64,000 bases of DNA, taken from positions 3,303,434 to 3,367,433 of the forward strand of contig CM082593.2 of assembly GCA_040954595.2 (NCBI GenBank), read 5' to 3'. Below are positions 59,901-64,000 of this stretch, in pieces. Position 1 is the stretch's first letter. Every line of letters starts with the position of its first letter. The stretch is from Balanoglossus misakiensis. Lineage: Eukaryota > Animalia > Hemichordata. The notes under the pieces are model-generated. The model saw only the letters and a list, made by a program, of their open reading frames with translations. It had not been told where the DNA came from and did no database searches. The position numbers and the translations under genes were made by a program.

Positions 59901-62900
59901 GCGCCTTAACAAACGATGAGCCGAATTGTCAAATTGTTTGAAGGTGGAAATTGTCTTTTTTTCCTCCATAGGGGCAAAGGTAAACTATAGACGCTTCTCG
60001 GAAAACATACTCAGAAACACTGATATATTTTGATGAGCAGAGATTGTTTTGGCACTAGATCTAAAATATTCTGAGCCTTCCTCTGACTCTCGTGACGTGA
60101 GATTATTTTCGGGTTCATAACATCAGACTCCTGCACGAGACATTTTGTCCGATCAAAACTAACAGTCATCCGTCTCCATGAAAGAGCAGTTACTCAGACA
60201 GAAACAAGATATCGAAATTAAATTACTAGTGTCACAAAGCCAATTGTTACCCACATCGCGATATTCTGTTACGCCGCGCCCGGTGTCAAACTGAAGTGCG
60301 TGTACAATATTTTTTTTAACTCTCCAGTTGGATGACAATACTCATCTGACTGAACGGTCATTTGAAACAAACTTCAGTAAATTTTGAGCAAAATAACATA
60401 CTTACAGCTCTGTTTTCAACGGCCGCGGACACAGTCTTACTTCAGTCCGAAAAAAGTTCCACTGATTTTTAAATCCTTACTAAGTGCGATCGGTCTTTGT
60501 GCATGAAAAATCTCCCAAATGATACAGATTACGGGTTCAAGGCTTCCCCATCTTCGCAGTCTTTCTTTTTTTCTGTGGAACGCTTTTTCGCTTTTTTCTT
60601 CTTCTCGAGTTACGAAGTACTATGCGGCCATAGGGGTTTCTGTAGGTCCTGTACGCATGCGATCTGGCGGTCTATTGAACGGGGCGCGCTCTCAGACACG
60701 TTCGTACCCAATTGGAGTCACTCATGCCCGATAGAAGAGGAAACCTATCGGTGATCCGGCATACACACAAAAAAACTCAAATCATAGTCAGAACAGCCAA
60801 GTCAATTACCACGAGCGCGTAATTATATTACGACATCATAAATATTTCATTATTCGTCAGCGAGCATGAAAGTGTATAAAGGGGTCGCACCTCTACAAAG
60901 GCCCCTCACCGGCGGCAAAATAAGAAACGCCCTCAGAAAATTTCAATTCTTAATGACAAGCGAACTTCCACATAATCGCATTAGGTTTCAGCGAGCACTT
61001 CAGAAAAGTAATGAGTTTGCGCAAATTGTAAAAATTGATTTAATTCCGGAGTGGTGGGTACGGTGTGCGGCTCAGCTATCATTTCGCCTATTGTTCGCCA
61101 GCGAGATAATCGCCGTCGCTATTAGAAAAGTCAACGCGACTTTTTACTCGATGGCGGCCTGCCAATTCAACTCTGATTGTGGTAGAGAGTTTATACTAAC
61201 ATAATTGTCTGTCTGATTTCCACGGAAAATGATCCGAGTCTCATTAATTTTCCAAGTGGTGACGTGATCGTGTCACCGCCTCTGCCATTAATGGGGTCTA
61301 ATATCATTGCCCAGCCAGACGCGTCTCTCGCGTTCACCAGAGGGCGCTCACCGAGCTCCAGCCAAAAGAGAAGATCTCGGGAACGGATTATTTGAACATA
61401 TTCCAGCCGTAAGATACACAAAGGTGACTTGATCATTGTTGACAATACAATGAAGCAAATATACCCTAGTTTATGAATGCTGATTTATCAAAAATTTTAT
61501 CAAAAATATTTTGACAAATATTTTGATACGCAACTGTGATAAAATAATCTCATATTTTATTTGATTCAATTTATTTGATTCAATTTCACTTCCTTGGATA
61601 AATTAAACAAACGGCAACTGCTAGGCAGAGGTGGTGATACGAGATCTAAAGTAGGCACGCATCCACTTCAAGTCACGATCAAGACGCTGTGTAATTCTTA
61701 ACATCCCTGGGCACTGGATGACTCTCTTGGGAGCGGAGACGACCAGCCCACGCGTTCGCACAACAACACAATTTAATATCTGCGGTTGCGATTTTAAAAT
61801 CTTTACGAGTTTATCGCATTCGACCGTCAACAACGGCGCCCTCTGCGGACTAACACTTGCAATATGAGAATTTTACATGTACGTTTGTAACGTGTAGAGC
61901 TAGGTGAACAGAAAGTTGTTGAACCAGAATGCCACCGAATATAGGCCCTGATTCTTTGAATGAACAGGAAAACTCACGACATGCAGTCATGTCGACTGAG
62001 TTCAGCAGTCGGCCTCCTCCCAACGGAAGTCTCGACTTGGAGGAGGACCGCAGAGATATACGATCTGTTCATGCGAATTCAGACGTTGCGTCGGGCCCCC
62101 AAGCGACACCATTGGATGATCAGGGATCAGGTGCTGAAGACAGAAAAGCCCGCGGTTCTCGCAAATCTGAAGAGTGTTCAAAAACGCACGGGCGATCTCG
62201 AGCTCCACTCGCTATTTGTAGCTACAAGGATAATGCTATATTTTCTAAGCGAAAATTTCCGGCAACAATGTTCTTTTTGATAAAATCAATTATTAATCTT
62301 TTCTCAAGACTACAACACGAGGCATATAGTCTGTATCTCCGTCTGTAAGAGCGGACTTAAATTGTCAAAAAGTAAACACACACAAACAGCTTGGGAGCAT
62401 ACAGGGCGCATGGACAGTGGAACACGAAGAGTTGACAAACAGATAAAAAAATATTAGAAACATGCATCATTGTGACAAATTTTGCCCCATTGCATAGTGC
62501 AACCATATTATTGACCCACACACCAATACAATAGCAAGAAATCGTGGTATCTTACCTGTGTGGCGAGTAGCGGCGACTTCAGATGTAGCGTGCGCGGATC
62601 GTGTTGGACGGGAAGGTTCTGTAACGAGACTTTGGACAATAATACACGTGTTTGTTTTTAAAAAAACTGTTTTATTGAGTCGGGAAATCTTATTAGGTGG
62701 TTCACATGACGTAAAATACGAGCAAAACAAGGGGAACACCCCTTTGGCCGTGGACGGGTGTGTGATGCCAGCAACGTGAATTGAATCCCCGTGTGCCAGA
62801 ACGACAACGTCGCGAGAGTGAGTTGTTATGCACGAAACAGCCATATCTATGGGTTCAAAGAATCATCGCGGGACATACTTTCCTGTTTGCTTGTTCATAT

Positions 62901-64000
62901 CCTTATTTACTGGAAAACGTTGGCAAAGGAATAAAAAAGTGCATGCATGCAACAAGAACAGTGCAATGGGTGCGGTGACATTTCAACACAGCTGTACAGA
63001 TGGCGATGATGCAAAAATGAAACACACACAGACACTCCAAACATGGTAGAACGTGGTGTGTAATGATATCAGCAAACTTCAACACATATGTGAATCTAGA
63101 CCTCCACTCTTTTCGTCTCGTAAGCGAGTTCTCGTTTGGGAAAGGCTGTTTTCTGTTTGTTTTAAAACTGTGTTTATTTTCCGAAGACGTAATCCCCCCC
63201 CCCCTCATCCTGACCACTACAGCGTTTGCCTGATCAGGTAAATTGTTTTCATAGATGGTGAATAACACGTTAAAGCTCCAGGTGCTGCAACTTTTAGAAA
63301 ATTATCACCTTCAACAATCCTGCAGAAAAGAGCACCCACCTCAGTCTGTAAACATCAGTTGATTCCAGTGTCCATGTCCACGCATAGGTCACACCAGAAA
63401 TCCAGCCCATAAACGTTTACTCGCGTTCGTCCGTATTTTGCGAAGTTCCGGGTCTTCTCTTTTTTGTCAAAATGTTATCTGTTTACCTTTAATAAGGCAG
63501 TCTATATGCAAAAAACACCGGTACAAAATGTTATCTTATTTATACGGCAATGCTTGCGTTTGTCTCTCGTGTGGCCGTCCGCTGATAGCGAAGCGATCGC
63601 GGTTCAATCGGCGTTCAATACAGACTCAATTAAAACCCGACGTATATTAAATTAGGCTTGATTCGGTTAGTCTAATCGAGTCCAAGTCATTAATACCCAT
63701 TTAAAATCAATGAACTGTGTTCATGTTCGCTTTATATACAAACACTGCCATGATAGAGTCTAATTCAATTTAGATGTAATTTGATTTCCCCTATTCTCAA
63801 TGGTGTACATTTAATTTCACGGTGAGAGCGGGATTTGGCTTGCATGGTTTTTGTAATGCTGAATGGGACCTTCGCACTAGTTATGCTAAGTACGTGACGC
63901 TAGATTGGAAACTGCAATGTACAGGGTATATACACATCTGGATGTACCCGGAGCCACCGTCAATGTCCACGCTCGATTCACCCCCCCCCCCCCCCCCCTC

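Noticed and set aside
61929-62348. 139-aa + strand ORF as a protein-coding gene
   Set aside because: No recognisable homology or good donor site; splice signals are better on the minus strand. Not fully excluded.

Overview
Eukaryotic (animal) genomic DNA with GT-AG introns, microsatellites and no prokaryotic features; an invertebrate deuterostome such as a hemichordate is my guess, but the taxon cannot be proven from sequence alone. Six protein-coding genes were rebuilt by hand from splice sites and reading-frame phases. (1) Two tandem + strand annexins (352-2912 and 5868-8119, 9 coding exons each) are atypical: only repeat 4 keeps a canonical type II Ca2+ site, and both have a C-terminal Pro/Glu/Gln tail that is repeat-expanded in the first copy. 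(2) A minus-strand C4orf45/SPMIP2-like gene (9418-12535) lies head-to-head with a single-coding-exon GNAT acetyltransferase of the insect-type AANAT-like group (13662-14324). (3) Two intact tandem minus-strand Drgx (Drg11/Prrxl1) paired-class Q50 homeobox genes (21011-33531 and 48533-56979) have identical exon phases, OAR domains and a shared Cx4CxC motif. The long noncoding stretches around them hold a near-identical duplicated 65-bp element, paired-homeodomain P3 sites, antisense-oriented CCAAT/TATA modules and CTCF-like motifs. All gene models are manual and lack transcript support.
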